The position numbers were made by a program, and so were the translations under genes. Below the pieces are notes generated by a model. The model was not told where the DNA came from. It made no database searches and was given only the letters and a program-made list of their open reading frames with translations. From contig NC_007493.2 of assembly GCF_000012905.2 (NCBI RefSeq), positions 780,001 to 812,000 of the forward strand: a stretch of DNA of 32,000 nucleotides, given 5' to 3'. Shown here one piece after another: positions 8,656 to 17,695 of the stretch. Each line of letters opens with the position of its first letter. Within the stretch, counting starts at the first letter, position 1. This stretch comes from Cereibacter sphaeroides 2.4.1 (lineage in GTDB: Bacteria > Pseudomonadota > Alphaproteobacteria > Rhodobacterales > Rhodobacteraceae).

Positions 8656-10103
8656 GAGCCCAGCCCGCCGCCAGCCATTTCGTCGACGGTCGTCCGCTCG
8701 AGGATGAGACCGGCGCGCCGATCCCCGTGATCTATCCCGCCACCGGCGAGGAGATCGCCCGCCTTCACGAGGCCACGCCCGCCGTGATCGAGGCGGCTTT
8801 GGCCTCGGGCGCCCGCGCGCAGGCGGCCTGGGCCGCGATGCGGCCCGTCGAGCGGGCGCGGATCCTGCGCCGGGCCTCGGACCTGATCCGGGCGCACAAC
8901 GAGGAGCTGAGCCTTCTCGAGACGCTCGACACCGGCAAGCCGCTGCAGGAGACGCTGGTGGCCGACTGGGCCTCGGGGGCGGATGCGCTGGAATTCTTCG
9001 CCGGTCTGGCGCCCGTCGTCACCGGCGAGACCGTGCCGCTGGGGCAGGATTTCGTCTATACGATCCGCGAGCCGCTGGGCCTCTGCGTGGGCATCGGCGC
9101 CTGGAACTACCCGAGCCAGATCGCCTGCTGGAAGGCCGCGCCCGCGCTCGCGCTCGGCAATGCGATGGTGTTCAAACCCTCGGAAGTGACGCCGCTCGGC
9201 GCGCTGAAGCTGGCCGAGATCCTGATCGAGGCGGGCCTGCCGCCCGGGCTCTTCAACGTGGTGCAGGGCCGCGGCGCGGTGGGGGCGTCGCTCGTCACCG
9301 ACAGCCGGGTGGCCAAGGTCTCGCTCACGGGCTCGGTGCCGACGGGGCGGCGCGTCTATGCGGCTGCGGCCGAGGGCGTGCGCCATGTCACGATGGAGCT
9401 CGGCGGCAAGTCGCCCCTGATCGTCTTCGACGATGCCGATCTGGAGAGCGCCATCGGCGCGGCGATGCTCGGCAACTTCTATTCCGCGGGCCAGATCTGC
9501 TCGAACGGGACGCGGGTCTTCGTGCAGAAGGGGATCAAGGAAGCGTTCCTCGCCCGGCTGGCCGAGCGGGCCGATGCCATCCGCATGGGCGATCCGCTCG
9601 ACCCCGAGGTCCAGATGGGGCCGCTCGTCTCGCAGGCGCAGCTCGAGAAGGTGCTGGCCTATATCGAGAAGGCCCGCGCCGAGGGCGGCCGCCTCGTCTG
9701 CGGCGGCGAGGCCTCGGTCAGCCCCGGCTGCTATGTCCAGCCCACGGTCTTCGCCGATGTGACGGACGCCATGACCCTCGCCCGCGAGGAGGTGTTCGGT
9801 CCGGTGATGGCGGTGCTCGATTTCGAGACCGAGGAGGAGGCGATCGCGCGGGCGAATGCCACCGACTTCGGCCTCGCCGCGGGGGTCTTCACCGCGGATC
9901 TCACGCGGGCGCACCGGGTGGTGGCGCAGCTGCAGGCCGGGACCTGCTGGATCAACGCCTACAACCTTACGCCGGTCGAGGCGCCCTTCGGCGGGGTGAA
10001 GCTGTCGGGCGTGGGCCGCGAGAACGGCCGGGCCGCCGTCCAGCACTATACGCAGGTGAAGTCGGTCTATGTCGGCATGGGGCCGGTGGACGCCCCCTAC
10101 TGA
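8652..10103 (+). CDS. betB: Betaine-aldehyde dehydrogenase
   Basis: ALDH-family motifs are present: [38 protein letters not shown], and the catalytic Cys region [12 protein letters not shown] prefer GTG 8652, which overlaps the betI stop as GTGA and has AAGGA 10 nt upstream. In-frame ATG 8643 is the alternative start. Confidence 0.9.
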   Translation: MRAQPAASHFVDGRPLEDETGAPIPVIYPATGEEIARLHEATPAVIEAALASGARAQAAWAAMRPVERARILRRASDLIRAHNEELSLLETLDTGKPLQETLVADWASGADALEFFAGLAPVVTGETVPLGQDFVYTIREPLGLCVGIGAWNYPSQIACWKAAPALALGNAMVFKPSEVTPLGALKLAEILIEAGLPPGLFNVVQGRGAVGASLVTDSRVAKVSLTGSVPTGRRVYAAAAEGVRHVTMELGGKSPLIVFDDADLESAIGAAMLGNFYSAGQICSNGTRVFVQKGIKEAFLARLAERADAIRMGDPLDPEVQMGPLVSQAQLEKVLAYIEKARAEGGRLVCGGEASVSPGCYVQPTVFADVTDAMTLAREEVFGPVMAVLDFETEEEAIARANATDFGLAAGVFTADLTRAHRVVAQLQAGTCWINAYNLTPVEAPFGGVKLSGVGRENGRAAVQHYTQVKSVYVGMGPVDAPY

Positions 10104-10112
10104 GGAGCCGGA

Positions 10113-11759
10113 ATGTTCGATTACATCATCGTCGGCGCCGGCTCGGCCGGCTGTGCCATGGCCTATCGCCTCGGCGAGGCGGGCCGCTCGGTGCTGGTCA
10201 TCGAGCATGGCGGCACGGATGCCGGGCCCTTCATCCAGATGCCCGCGGCGCTCTCCTATCCGATGAACATGGGGATCTACGACTGGGGCCTGAAGACCGA
10301 GCCCGAGCCGCATCTGGACGGGCGCGTGCTCGCCACGCCGCGCGGCAAGGTGATCGGCGGCTCGTCCTCGATCAACGGCATGGTCTATGTCCGCGGCCAC
10401 GCGCGCGACTTCGACCATTGGGCCGAGAGCGGGGCCACCGGCTGGGGCTTTGCCGATGTGCTGCCCTATTTCAAGCGGATGGAGAACTGGCACGTCCCCG
10501 GCGATGTCGAGTGGCGCGGCCATGACGGGCCGCTGCATGTGACGCGCGGCCCGCGCTCCAATCCCCTGTTCAACGCCTTCATCGAGGCGGGGCGGCAGGC
10601 GGGCTATCCGGTGACCGACGATTACAACGGCGCGGCGCAGGAGGGCTTCGGCCCGATGGAGGCCACGATCTGGCAGGGCCGGCGCTGGTCGGCCGCCAAT
10701 GCCTATCTCAGGCCCGCGATGAAGCGGTTCGGGGTCCAGCTCACCCGCGCCCTCGCGCTGAAGGTGGTGATCGAGGAAGGCCGTGCCGTCGGCGTCGAGG
10801 TGCAGCGCCGCGGCGGCCGCGAGGTGATCCGGGCCGGCCGCGAGGTGATCCTCGCCGCCTCCTCGCTCAACACGCCGAAGCTTCTGATGCTGTCGGGCAT
10901 CGGGTCCGCCGCGCATCTGGCCGAGCACGGGATCCCGGTCGTGGCCGACCGGCCGGGCGTGGGCCAAAACCTCCAGGATCATCTGGAGGTCTACATGCAG
11001 TTCGCGAGCCTCCAGCCGGTCACGCTCTTCAAGCACTGGAACCTGCGCGGCAAGGTCAGCATCGGCGCGCAGTGGCTGTTTACCGGGCGCGGGCTCGGGG
11101 CCTCGAACCAGTTCGAGGCCTGCGCCTTCATCCGCTCGAAGCCGGGCGTGGAGTATCCCGACATCCAGTATCACTTCCTGCCCATTGCCGTGCGCTACGA
11201 CGGCAAGGCCGCCGCCGAGGGCCACGGCTTCCAGGTGCATGTGGGGCCGATGCGCTCGCCCTCGCGCGGGTCGGTGACGCTGCGCTCGGCCGATCCCGAG
11301 GCGCCGCCGGTGATCCGCTTCAACTACATGTCGACCGAAGAGGATTGGCAGGACTTCCGCCGCTGCGTCCGCCTCACGCGCGAAATCTTCGGGCAGGAGG
11401 CTTTCAAGCCCTTCGTCCGGCACGAGATCCAGCCGGGGGCGGCCTGCGCTTCGGACGCGGAGATCGACGCCTTCATCCGCGAGCATGTCGAGAGCGCCTA
11501 TCACCCCTGCGGGACGGCGCGGATCGGGCGGGCGGACGATCCGATGGCGGTCGTCGATCCCGAGTGCCGGGTGATCGGGGTCGAGGGGCTGCGCGTGGCC
11601 GACAGTTCGATCTTCCCGCGGGTGACGAACGGCAACCTCAACGCGCCCTCGATCATGGTGGGCGAGAAGGCGTCCGACCATATCCTCGGCCGGACCCCGC
11701 TCGCGCCGCTGAACCTCGAGCCGGTGACGAACCCGAACTGGCGCACGGCCCAACGCTGA
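10113..11759 (+). CDS. betA: Choline dehydrogenase (GMC oxidoreductase)
   Basis: 548 aa with the FAD-binding N-terminus [23 protein letters not shown] signatures [14 protein letters not shown] and the C-terminal HPCGTARIG...[22 protein letters not shown] are present. GAGGA overlaps the betB stop. Confidence 0.95.
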   Translation: MFDYIIVGAGSAGCAMAYRLGEAGRSVLVIEHGGTDAGPFIQMPAALSYPMNMGIYDWGLKTEPEPHLDGRVLATPRGKVIGGSSSINGMVYVRGHARDFDHWAESGATGWGFADVLPYFKRMENWHVPGDVEWRGHDGPLHVTRGPRSNPLFNAFIEAGRQAGYPVTDDYNGAAQEGFGPMEATIWQGRRWSAANAYLRPAMKRFGVQLTRALALKVVIEEGRAVGVEVQRRGGREVIRAGREVILAASSLNTPKLLMLSGIGSAAHLAEHGIPVVADRPGVGQNLQDHLEVYMQFASLQPVTLFKHWNLRGKVSIGAQWLFTGRGLGASNQFEACAFIRSKPGVEYPDIQYHFLPIAVRYDGKAAAEGHGFQVHVGPMRSPSRGSVTLRSADPEAPPVIRFNYMSTEEDWQDFRRCVRLTREIFGQEAFKPFVRHEIQPGAACASDAEIDAFIREHVESAYHPCGTARIGRADDPMAVVDPECRVIGVEGLRVADSSIFPRVTNGNLNAPSIMVGEKASDHILGRTPLAPLNLEPVTNPNWRTAQR

Positions 11760-11803
11760 GGGTTGGGGCCTTCCGGCAGGTCGGGGCCGCTCCGGGGTGG
11801 ATC

Positions 11804-11818
11804 TTAAGACTTTCTTAA
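11804..11818. promoter_or_regulatory. AT-rich perfect palindrome upstream of the nuclease gene; possible operator or promoter element
   Basis: TTAAGA-CTT-TCTTAA has perfect 6-bp arms and lies 56 nt upstream of the ATG at 11874. It stands out compositionally from the surrounding sequence. Confidence 0.3.
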
Positions 11819-11873
11819 CGCATCCCTGACTTCCGACTTGCGTCCGGCCCGGCGCGGCGGGCATGTCTGCGGC

Positions 11874-12518
11874 ATGTTAAGACTTCGTTCACTTCTCGTT
11901 CTGGCCGCCCTTCTGCCGCTTCCCGTCCTCGCCGCGCCCGTGGAGGGGCCGGCGCGGGTGATCGACGGCGACACGCTCGAGATCGAGGGGGTCCGGGTCC
12001 GCCTCTTCGGCATCGACGCGCCCGAGCACGACCAGACCTGCGGCGACCCCGACCGGCTCTGGCCCTGCGGGGCCTGGGCCACCGAACGGCTCGAGCTGAT
12101 GCTCGGCGGCGGGGCGGTGCGCTGCGAGGGCGACGAGCGCGACCGCTACGGCCGCCTGCTCGCGACCTGCGAGGCCCGCGGCGAGGATGTGGGCGCGCGG
12201 ATGGTGCGCGACGGCGCGGCGGTGGCCTACCGGCGCTACTCGGCGCGCTATGTGCGCGAGGAGGCGCGGGCCGAAGCGGAGGGCCTCGGCGTCTGGTCCG
12301 GCCCGATGCAGCGCCCGGAGGACTATCGTCATGCGCCGCCCGCACCGCCTCCGCCGGGAGAGTGCGCGATCAAGGGCAATGTCTCGCGCAACGGCCGGAT
12401 CTATCACATGCCCGGACAGGCCGACTATGCGCGCACCGTGATCTCGGGCCCCGAGGAGCAGTGGTTCTGCACCGCGGCCGAGGCCAAGTCTGCGGGCTTC
12501 CGGCCGGCGAAGCGCTGA
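11874..12518 (+). CDS. Secreted thermonuclease (staphylococcal-nuclease/SNase-like) with a Pro-rich linker and a small Cys-containing C-terminal module
   Basis: Start at ATG 11874 gives a signal peptide, MLRLRSLLVLAALLPLPVLA/AP. SNase motifs are VIDGDTLEI, VRLFGIDAPE, DRYGRLLATC and REEARAEAEGLGVW. These are followed by PPAPPPPGE and then CAIKGNVSRNGRIYHMPGQADYARTVI...EQWFCTAAEAKSAGFRPA. Confidence 0.8.
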   Translation: MLRLRSLLVLAALLPLPVLAAPVEGPARVIDGDTLEIEGVRVRLFGIDAPEHDQTCGDPDRLWPCGAWATERLELMLGGGAVRCEGDERDRYGRLLATCEARGEDVGARMVRDGAAVAYRRYSARYVREEARAEAEGLGVWSGPMQRPEDYRHAPPAPPPPGECAIKGNVSRNGRIYHMPGQADYARTVISGPEEQWFCTAAEAKSAGFRPAKR

Positions 12519-12592
12519 CATTGATACGCATCAAGGCGGCAAAAGAATCTGTGACGTAGCTTTTCCTTAACGAAACCAAGAGGGAGCACGGC

Positions 12593-12694
12593 ATGATCCA
12601 CACCCCGCACGAGCTGATGGCGGATCTTCCGGGCGTGACCGGGCCGAACGGAACCCTCAGGAAAACCGACCCGCATTTCGCGCGTCTTGTCTGA
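12593..12694 (+). CDS. 33-aa ORF with a DUF465/YdcH-like N-terminus, apparently truncated (possible gene remnant)
   Basis: GAGGGAG lies 7 nt upstream of the ATG. The product is MIHTPHELMADLPGVTGPNGTLRKTDPHFARLV*. The M..TPHEL...P....L...D.HFARL pattern recalls the start of DUF465 proteins, which are normally about 60-80 aa. It is below the ORF-track size cutoff. Confidence 0.3.
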   Translation: MIHTPHELMADLPGVTGPNGTLRKTDPHFARLV

Positions 12695-12802
12695 AACGAA
12701 CGCGGCTGAACCTCGTGGTTCGCAGGGTCCCTCGCAGGACCGCAGAGCCGGGCACGCACCGGATGAGGATCGCGCCATGAGCGCGTGCATATGAGAGGGC
12801 CT

Positions 12803-12826
12803 GCAGGCCGCGCAACCGCGGCCTGC
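12803..12826. terminator. Perfect 10-bp GC stem-loop abutting the pccR stop codon; probable terminator with no strong U-tract
   Basis: gcaggccgcg-CAAC-cgcggcctgc. The last base overlaps the pccR TAG (12826-12828). It lies between the convergent small ORF and pccR. Confidence 0.5.
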
Positions 12827-14211
12827 TAATCGACAATCTCGTATGGCAGCAACCCGCGCCGGTCGGGGTCCACCCGAAGGCGCTTTTCCAGCGGCGGCAC
12901 AGACCGCTGGTGGCACTCCTGCCGGTCACAGATCCGGCAGGAGATGCCGATCGGCTCGAAGCTCCCCTTCAGATCCAGCCCGTCCGCATAGACCAGCGCA
13001 TCGGCATGCTGCACCTCGCAGCCGAGCCCGATGGCATAGCGGCGCACGGGCGCGGTGAAGGAGCCGCCGGGCTTCGACACGTCCCGTGCGAGCAGCAGAT
13101 AGCGCACCCCGTCCGGCGTCTGGGCCAGCTGGCGCAGGAACCGCCCCGGTGTCTCGAAAGCGCGGTGGACGTTCCAGAGCGGGCAGGCGCCGCCGAAGCG
13201 CGCGAACTGGAAGCGCGTGGCCGAGTGGCGCTTGGTGATCGTGCCCGCCTGATCGACCCGGACGAAGAAGAAGGGCACGCCCTTGGCGCCGGGCCGCTGC
13301 AGGGTCGAGAGCCGGTGCGCCACCTGTTCGATCGAGGCGCCGAACAGGTCGGCCAGCCGCTCCAGATCGTGCCGCGTCTCGGCCGCCGCCTGCAGGAACG
13401 GGCGGTAGGGCAGGAGGGCCGCCCCCGCGAAATAGTTGGCGAGCCCGATCTTCGCGATCTCGCGCGCCTCGGCCGTCTGGAACCGGGCCAGATCCAGCGT
13501 GGCCTCGAGCAGGTCGTTCTGGGTCAGGAGCGCCACCTGATGCAGCAGCTGGAACCGCTGCGTCGGCGCCGCCGCCCGGGCCGAGAGGCGCAGCGCATTC
13601 CCCTCGCGGCTGCGGATCGCCGGCATGTCCGAAATCTGCAGATCGAGCCCCGCCCGTGTCAGGGTCTCCATCGCGGCGGAAAAGACGTCGCGCCGCACAC
13701 CGCCGGGGGCCGCGTAATGTTCGGCCGCCCGGTCCACCGCATCGAGGTAATTGTCGCAATAGTGGAAGAAGTCCCGCACCTCCTCCCAGGGCGAGGGGCG
13801 CAGGTCGGCCTCGTCGCGCCCCAGCGCCTCGTCGAGCGAGGCGAGCCGCTCGTGGGTCTGCCGGTAGGCGCGGTGCAGGTCGAGGAAGGCGCGCGCGAAG
13901 GCCGGCGCGTTCGAGGCCACGAGCCGGAGGTCGGCCAGAGGCGGGCTGTCGGTGAAGACCGGATCGGCCAGCGCCTCGCGCATGTCGGTGACGATGCGCT
14001 CGGCCTCGGAGGTGGTGAGCTTGGTCACATCCACCCCGAACTCCTGCGCGAGCGCCAGGACCACGGTGGCCGAGACCGGCCGGTGGTTGTTCTCCATCTG
14101 ATTGAGATAGGGCAGCGAGGCGCCCAGCCGCTCGGCGAAGACCTTCTGGGTGAGCCCGAGCTTCACCCGCAGCTCGCGCAGCTTCGCCCCGGCATAGAGT
14201 TTCTGCGCCAT
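12826..14211 (-). CDS. pccR: Short-chain fatty acyl-CoA regulator (ScfR family; XRE HTH plus ImmA/IrrE-like and DUF2083-type regions), PccR
   Basis: 461 aa with a strong AAGGAGG 6 nt upstream. The N-terminal Cro/C1-type HTH reads KLRELRVKLGLTQKVFAERLGASLPYLNQMENNHRPVS, followed by a long C-terminal region. Its position upstream of pccB, together with TTTGCAAA boxes, fits PccR as described for R. sphaeroides (Carter & Alber 2015, from memory). Confidence 0.85.
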   Translation of the reverse strand: MAQKLYAGAKLRELRVKLGLTQKVFAERLGASLPYLNQMENNHRPVSATVVLALAQEFGVDVTKLTTSEAERIVTDMREALADPVFTDSPPLADLRLVASNAPAFARAFLDLHRAYRQTHERLASLDEALGRDEADLRPSPWEEVRDFFHYCDNYLDAVDRAAEHYAAPGGVRRDVFSAAMETLTRAGLDLQISDMPAIRSREGNALRLSARAAAPTQRFQLLHQVALLTQNDLLEATLDLARFQTAEAREIAKIGLANYFAGAALLPYRPFLQAAAETRHDLERLADLFGASIEQVAHRLSTLQRPGAKGVPFFFVRVDQAGTITKRHSATRFQFARFGGACPLWNVHRAFETPGRFLRQLAQTPDGVRYLLLARDVSKPGGSFTAPVRRYAIGLGCEVQHADALVYADGLDLKGSFEPIGISCRICDRQECHQRSVPPLEKRLRVDPDRRGLLPYEIVD

Positions 14212-14223
14212 CCCCGGCCTCCT

Positions 14224-14251
14224 TTTGCAAAGTTATTCCTGCCTTTGCAAA
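14224..14251. promoter_or_regulatory. Pair of perfect TTTGCAAA boxes (12-nt spacer) immediately upstream of pccR; candidate PccR autoregulatory site
   Basis: TTTGCAAA (14224-14231) - gttattcctgcc - TTTGCAAA (14244-14251). Each box is self-complementary. On the minus strand the proximal box runs straight into the pccR Shine-Dalgarno sequence (TTTGCAAAAGGAGG). Confidence 0.55.
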
Positions 14252-14272
14252 GGGGCCGCGTCAACGGCTGCG

Positions 14273-15493
14273 TCAGATGGTGAGGCCGAGCGCCCGCGCG
14301 CGGCGCATCACCCAGAGGATCGAGACGACCGAGGCCGCGCCCGAGAACAGCATGATGAGGATGAGCGGCATCTCTCCGCCCTCCACTGTCAGCACCACCC
14401 CGGCGAGGGCCGCGAGGGCGGCGCCGCCGCCGATCATGATCGCCCCGCCGAGGCCCGACGCGGTGCCCGCGAGCTGCGGATGGATCGAGAGCATCCCCGC
14501 ATTGGCATTGGGCAGCACCATGCCATTGCCGAGCCCCACCGCCGTCATCATGCCGAAGAAGAAGAGCGGATGGTGCAGCCCCGCGAGCGTGCCCGCCATC
14601 AGGATCGCAAGGCCCAGCGTGGTGGCGACCGTGCCCCAGAGCACCATCCGGTTCATGCCCATGCGGATCGAGAAGCGCCCCGACAGGAAGTTCCCCAGCG
14701 CATAGCCGATGGCGGGGGCCGAGAAATAGAGCCCCACCTGCGAGGAAGACAGGTGGAAGATCTCGGTGCCCACGAAGGGCGCGCCGCCGAGATAGGCGAA
14801 GAAGCAGCCCGAGGCGAAGGCTGCGCAGAGCACATAGCCCCAGAACCGCTGCGAGCCCAGAAGCGCCGGATACTGGCGCAGCTGCGCGCCGAAGCTCACC
14901 GGGCGGATCTCGGAGGTTTCGCCGAGATCGGCCCAGACCAGCGCCATGACGAGGAGCCCCAGCACCAGAAGGAGGGTGAAGTTCGCCTGCCAGCCGAAGG
15001 CCTCGTCCAGCATCCCGCCGATCACCGGCCCGATCATGGGCACGAGCGACATGCCCATGGTGACATAACCGATCATCGAGGCCGCCTGCTCGTCGGGCAC
15101 CATGTCCCGCACGACGGCGCGGCTCAGCACCATGCCGGCCGCAATCACCGCCTGCGCCATGCGGAAGACGAGGAAGATTTCGGCCGAGGGTGCCAGCAGC
15201 GTGCCCACCGTCGCCGCGAGGAACAGGCCCAGCGACCACAGTATCACGTTCCGCCGGCCGAACCGGTCCGAGATCGGCCCCACCGCCACCTGAAGGAGGG
15301 CGCTGAGCCCGAGATAGAGCGCGACCGACAGTTGCAGCAGCTGGTAGGGCGCATCGAACCAGGCGGACATCCCCGGCAGCGACGGCAGGAAGATGTTCAT
15401 GGCCAGCGCCGCCAGCCCCGTCAGCATCACCAGCGTGAGGATGTGGGGCGGCGAGCGACGGTCGAGGAAGCGGGGTGGGGGGAGCGCGATCAT
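14273..15493 (-). CDS. MFS transporter, Bcr/CflA drug-resistance subfamily-like
   Basis: 406 aa and about 12 predicted TM segments. It has the MFS motif GPISDRFGRRNVIL after TM2 and hydrophobic periodicity throughout. High GC3. Confidence 0.85.
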   Translation of the reverse strand: MIALPPPRFLDRRSPPHILTLVMLTGLAALAMNIFLPSLPGMSAWFDAPYQLLQLSVALYLGLSALLQVAVGPISDRFGRRNVILWSLGLFLAATVGTLLAPSAEIFLVFRMAQAVIAAGMVLSRAVVRDMVPDEQAASMIGYVTMGMSLVPMIGPVIGGMLDEAFGWQANFTLLLVLGLLVMALVWADLGETSEIRPVSFGAQLRQYPALLGSQRFWGYVLCAAFASGCFFAYLGGAPFVGTEIFHLSSSQVGLYFSAPAIGYALGNFLSGRFSIRMGMNRMVLWGTVATTLGLAILMAGTLAGLHHPLFFFGMMTAVGLGNGMVLPNANAGMLSIHPQLAGTASGLGGAIMIGGGAALAALAGVVLTVEGGEMPLILIMLFSGAASVVSILWVMRRARALGLTI

Positions 15494-15529
15494 CGATCAG
15501 GAATTAGGCCTGCTGCAGCGGACTGTCCA

Positions 15530-15883
15530 TCAGCTCCAGCTGTGGAAGATGAAGAATGCGCCGAGCCCGATGAAGGCGAAACCCAGCAGGTGATTCCAGT
15601 GCAGCGGCTCCTTCAGCCAGAACACCGAGAAGGCGGCGAAGACGAGAAGGGTGATGACCTCCTGGATGGTCTTGAGCTGGGCGGCCGAGAAATGGGTATG
15701 TCCGATCCGGTTGGCCGGCACCTGCAGCAGATATTCGAAGAAGGCGATGCCCCAGCTCGCGAAGATCACGATGAGAAGCGGCGCGCTCTTGTACTTCAGG
15801 TGCCCATACCAGGCGAAGGTCATGAAGATGTTCGAGGCGAGAAGCAGACCGATGGTGACAAGGGGCACCGGAAGCGTGGGCAT
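15530..15883 (-). CDS. Small DMT-superfamily membrane protein (DUF486-like)
   Basis: 117 aa with 4 TM segments. Sequence [31 protein letters not shown]...[17 protein letters not shown]...[14 protein letters not shown] fits the conserved DUF486 pattern as I recall it. Confidence 0.75.
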   Translation of the reverse strand: MPTLPVPLVTIGLLLASNIFMTFAWYGHLKYKSAPLLIVIFASWGIAFFEYLLQVPANRIGHTHFSAAQLKTIQEVITLLVFAAFSVFWLKEPLHWNHLLGFAFIGLGAFFIFHSWS

Positions 15884-15922
15884 GGCGAGATCCTGAGAAG
15901 GGTTTGCGATTTGCAGGCGGGA

Positions 15923-15942
15923 TTTGCAAAGTCATTTGCAAA
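15923..15942. promoter_or_regulatory. PccR operator (TTTGCAAA-N4-TTTGCAAA) in the divergent pccB / DUF486-gene promoter region
   Basis: This is an exact TTTGCAAA-GTCA-TTTGCAAA, 70 nt upstream of the pccB ATG. It is identical to the motif published for R. sphaeroides pccB. Two degenerate TTTGC cores (TTTGCGA 15903, TTTGCAGG 15910) lie just upstream. Confidence 0.85.
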
Positions 15943-16011
15943 TATCCCGAAATTTTCTTTCGCAGCGAAGGGCTCCTGACTATGGTGCGGCCAAATTCGA
16001 GGGGCAAGGCC

Positions 16012-17544
16012 ATGAAAGACATTCTCCAGGAACTCGAGAACCGCCGCGCGATCGCCCGCGCCGGCGGCGGCCAGCGCCGGGTCGAGGCGCAGCACAAGCG
16101 CGGCAAGCTGACGGCGCGCGAGCGGATCGAGCTTCTGCTCGACGAGGGCTCGTTCGAGGAATTCGACATGTTCGTGCGCCACCGCTGCACCGACTTCGGG
16201 ATGCAGGACGACCGTCCCGCGGGCGACGGCGTCGTGACCGGCTGGGGCACGATCAACGGCCGCATGGTCTATGTCTTCAGCCAGGACTTCACCGTGTTCG
16301 GCGGCTCGCTGTCCGAGACCCATGCGCAGAAGATCTGCAAGATCATGGACATGGCGATGCAGAACGGCGCGCCGGTCATCGGGCTGAACGACTCGGGCGG
16401 TGCGCGCATCCAGGAGGGCGTGGCCTCGCTCGCAGGCTATGCCGACGTGTTCCAGCGCAACATCATGGCCTCGGGCGTGATCCCGCAGATCTCGGTCATC
16501 ATGGGCCCCTGTGCGGGCGGCGCGGTCTATTCGCCCGCCATGACCGACTTCATCTTCATGGTGCGCGACACCTCCTATATGTTCGTGACCGGCCCCGACG
16601 TGGTGAAGACGGTGACGAACGAAGTGGTGACGGCCGAGGAACTCGGCGGGGCCTCCACCCATACGAAAAAGTCTTCCGTGGCCGATGGCGCCTTCGAGAA
16701 CGACGTCGAGGCACTTTATGAGATTCGCCGCCTCGTCGACTTCCTGCCGCTCTCGAACCGCACGCCCGCCCCGGTGCGGCCCTTCTTCGACGATGTGGCC
16801 CGGATCGAGGACAGCCTCGACACGCTGATCCCCGACAACCCGAACCAGCCCTACGACATGAAGGAGCTCATCCTGAAGATCGCCGACGAGGCGGACTTCT
16901 ACGAGATCCAGAAGGACTTCGCGGCCAACATCATCACCGGCTTCATCCGGCTCGAGGGCCAGACGGTGGGCGTGGTGGCGAACCAGCCGATGGTGCTGGC
17001 GGGCTGCCTCGACATCGACAGCTCGCGCAAGGCCGCGCGCTTCGTGCGCTTCTGCGACGCCTTCAACATCCCGATCCTGACGCTCGTCGACGTGCCGGGC
17101 TTCCTGCCGGGAACGGGTCAGGAATATGGCGGCGTCATCAAGCACGGGGCGAAGCTGCTGTTCGCCTATGGCGAGGCGACCGTGCCGAAGGTCACGGTCA
17201 TCACCCGCAAGGCCTATGGCGGCGCCTATGACGTGATGGCCTCGAAGCATCTGCGCGGCGATTTCAACTATGCCTGGCCCACGGCCGAGATCGCGGTGAT
17301 GGGCGCCAAGGGCGCGACCGAGATCCTCTACCGCTCGGAACTGGGCGACAAGGAGAAGATCGCCGCCCGTGCGAAGGAATATGAGGACCGCTTCGCCAAC
17401 CCGTTCGTGGCGGCCGAGCGCGGCTTCATCGACGAGGTCATCATGCCGCATTCGACCCGTCGCCGGGTGTCGAAGGCCTTCGCGAGCCTGCGGAACAAGA
17501 AACTCGCTAATCCGTGGAAGAAGCACGATAACATCCCCCTCTGA
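16012..17544 (+). CDS. pccB: Propionyl-CoA carboxylase beta (carboxyltransferase) subunit
   Basis: 510 aa from ATG 16012: [52 protein letters not shown]. Carboxyltransferase motifs are [39 protein letters not shown] and [13 protein letters not shown]. The track's upstream start at 15904 would cover the operator. Confidence 0.95.
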   Translation: MKDILQELENRRAIARAGGGQRRVEAQHKRGKLTARERIELLLDEGSFEEFDMFVRHRCTDFGMQDDRPAGDGVVTGWGTINGRMVYVFSQDFTVFGGSLSETHAQKICKIMDMAMQNGAPVIGLNDSGGARIQEGVASLAGYADVFQRNIMASGVIPQISVIMGPCAGGAVYSPAMTDFIFMVRDTSYMFVTGPDVVKTVTNEVVTAEELGGASTHTKKSSVADGAFENDVEALYEIRRLVDFLPLSNRTPAPVRPFFDDVARIEDSLDTLIPDNPNQPYDMKELILKIADEADFYEIQKDFAANIITGFIRLEGQTVGVVANQPMVLAGCLDIDSSRKAARFVRFCDAFNIPILTLVDVPGFLPGTGQEYGGVIKHGAKLLFAYGEATVPKVTVITRKAYGGAYDVMASKHLRGDFNYAWPTAEIAVMGAKGATEILYRSELGDKEKIAARAKEYEDRFANPFVAAERGFIDEVIMPHSTRRRVSKAFASLRNKKLANPWKKHDNIPL

Positions 17545-17592
17545 TCGGGAGGAGGGGAAGGATGAGGCTCGCCGCTGAGGAAAGCGTCGGCA

Positions 17593-17621
17593 CCGCGCGG
17601 AGCCCTGTGGCTCCCGCGCGG
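17593..17621 (+). terminator. Strong GC stem-loop downstream of pccB (possible terminator or processing site, no U-tract)
   Basis: ccgcgcggagcc-CTGT-ggctc(c)cgcgcgg forms 12 bp with one bulged C. It starts 49 nt after the pccB stop. Confidence 0.35.
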
Positions 17622-17695
17622 AGGCGCGCGGATCGTCGGGGTCGTGGGCTGTCTCTCAGGCAGACCGTCGGTGTCCGGCGGGGAGGGGCCGCGGC

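Noticed and set aside
15940-15950. An 11-mer, CAAATATCCCG, is shared between the pccB promoter region and the mutase-gcvT spacer (24404-24414).
   Set aside because: A single 11-nt match within 32 kb is expected by chance many times over. No flanking similarity extends it.
15904-16011. The ORF track gives long N-terminal extensions: pccB from 15904, betI from TTG 8041, betB from 7845, pccA from 19500, the DUF4174 gene from 22227, choX from 8053, gabT from 887 and the nuclease from TTG 11838.
   Set aside because: The extensions have no similarity to the respective families. They often cross operators, promoters or terminators. Internal starts with Shine-Dalgarno sequences reproduce the canonical N-termini ([27 protein letters not shown], or signal peptides).
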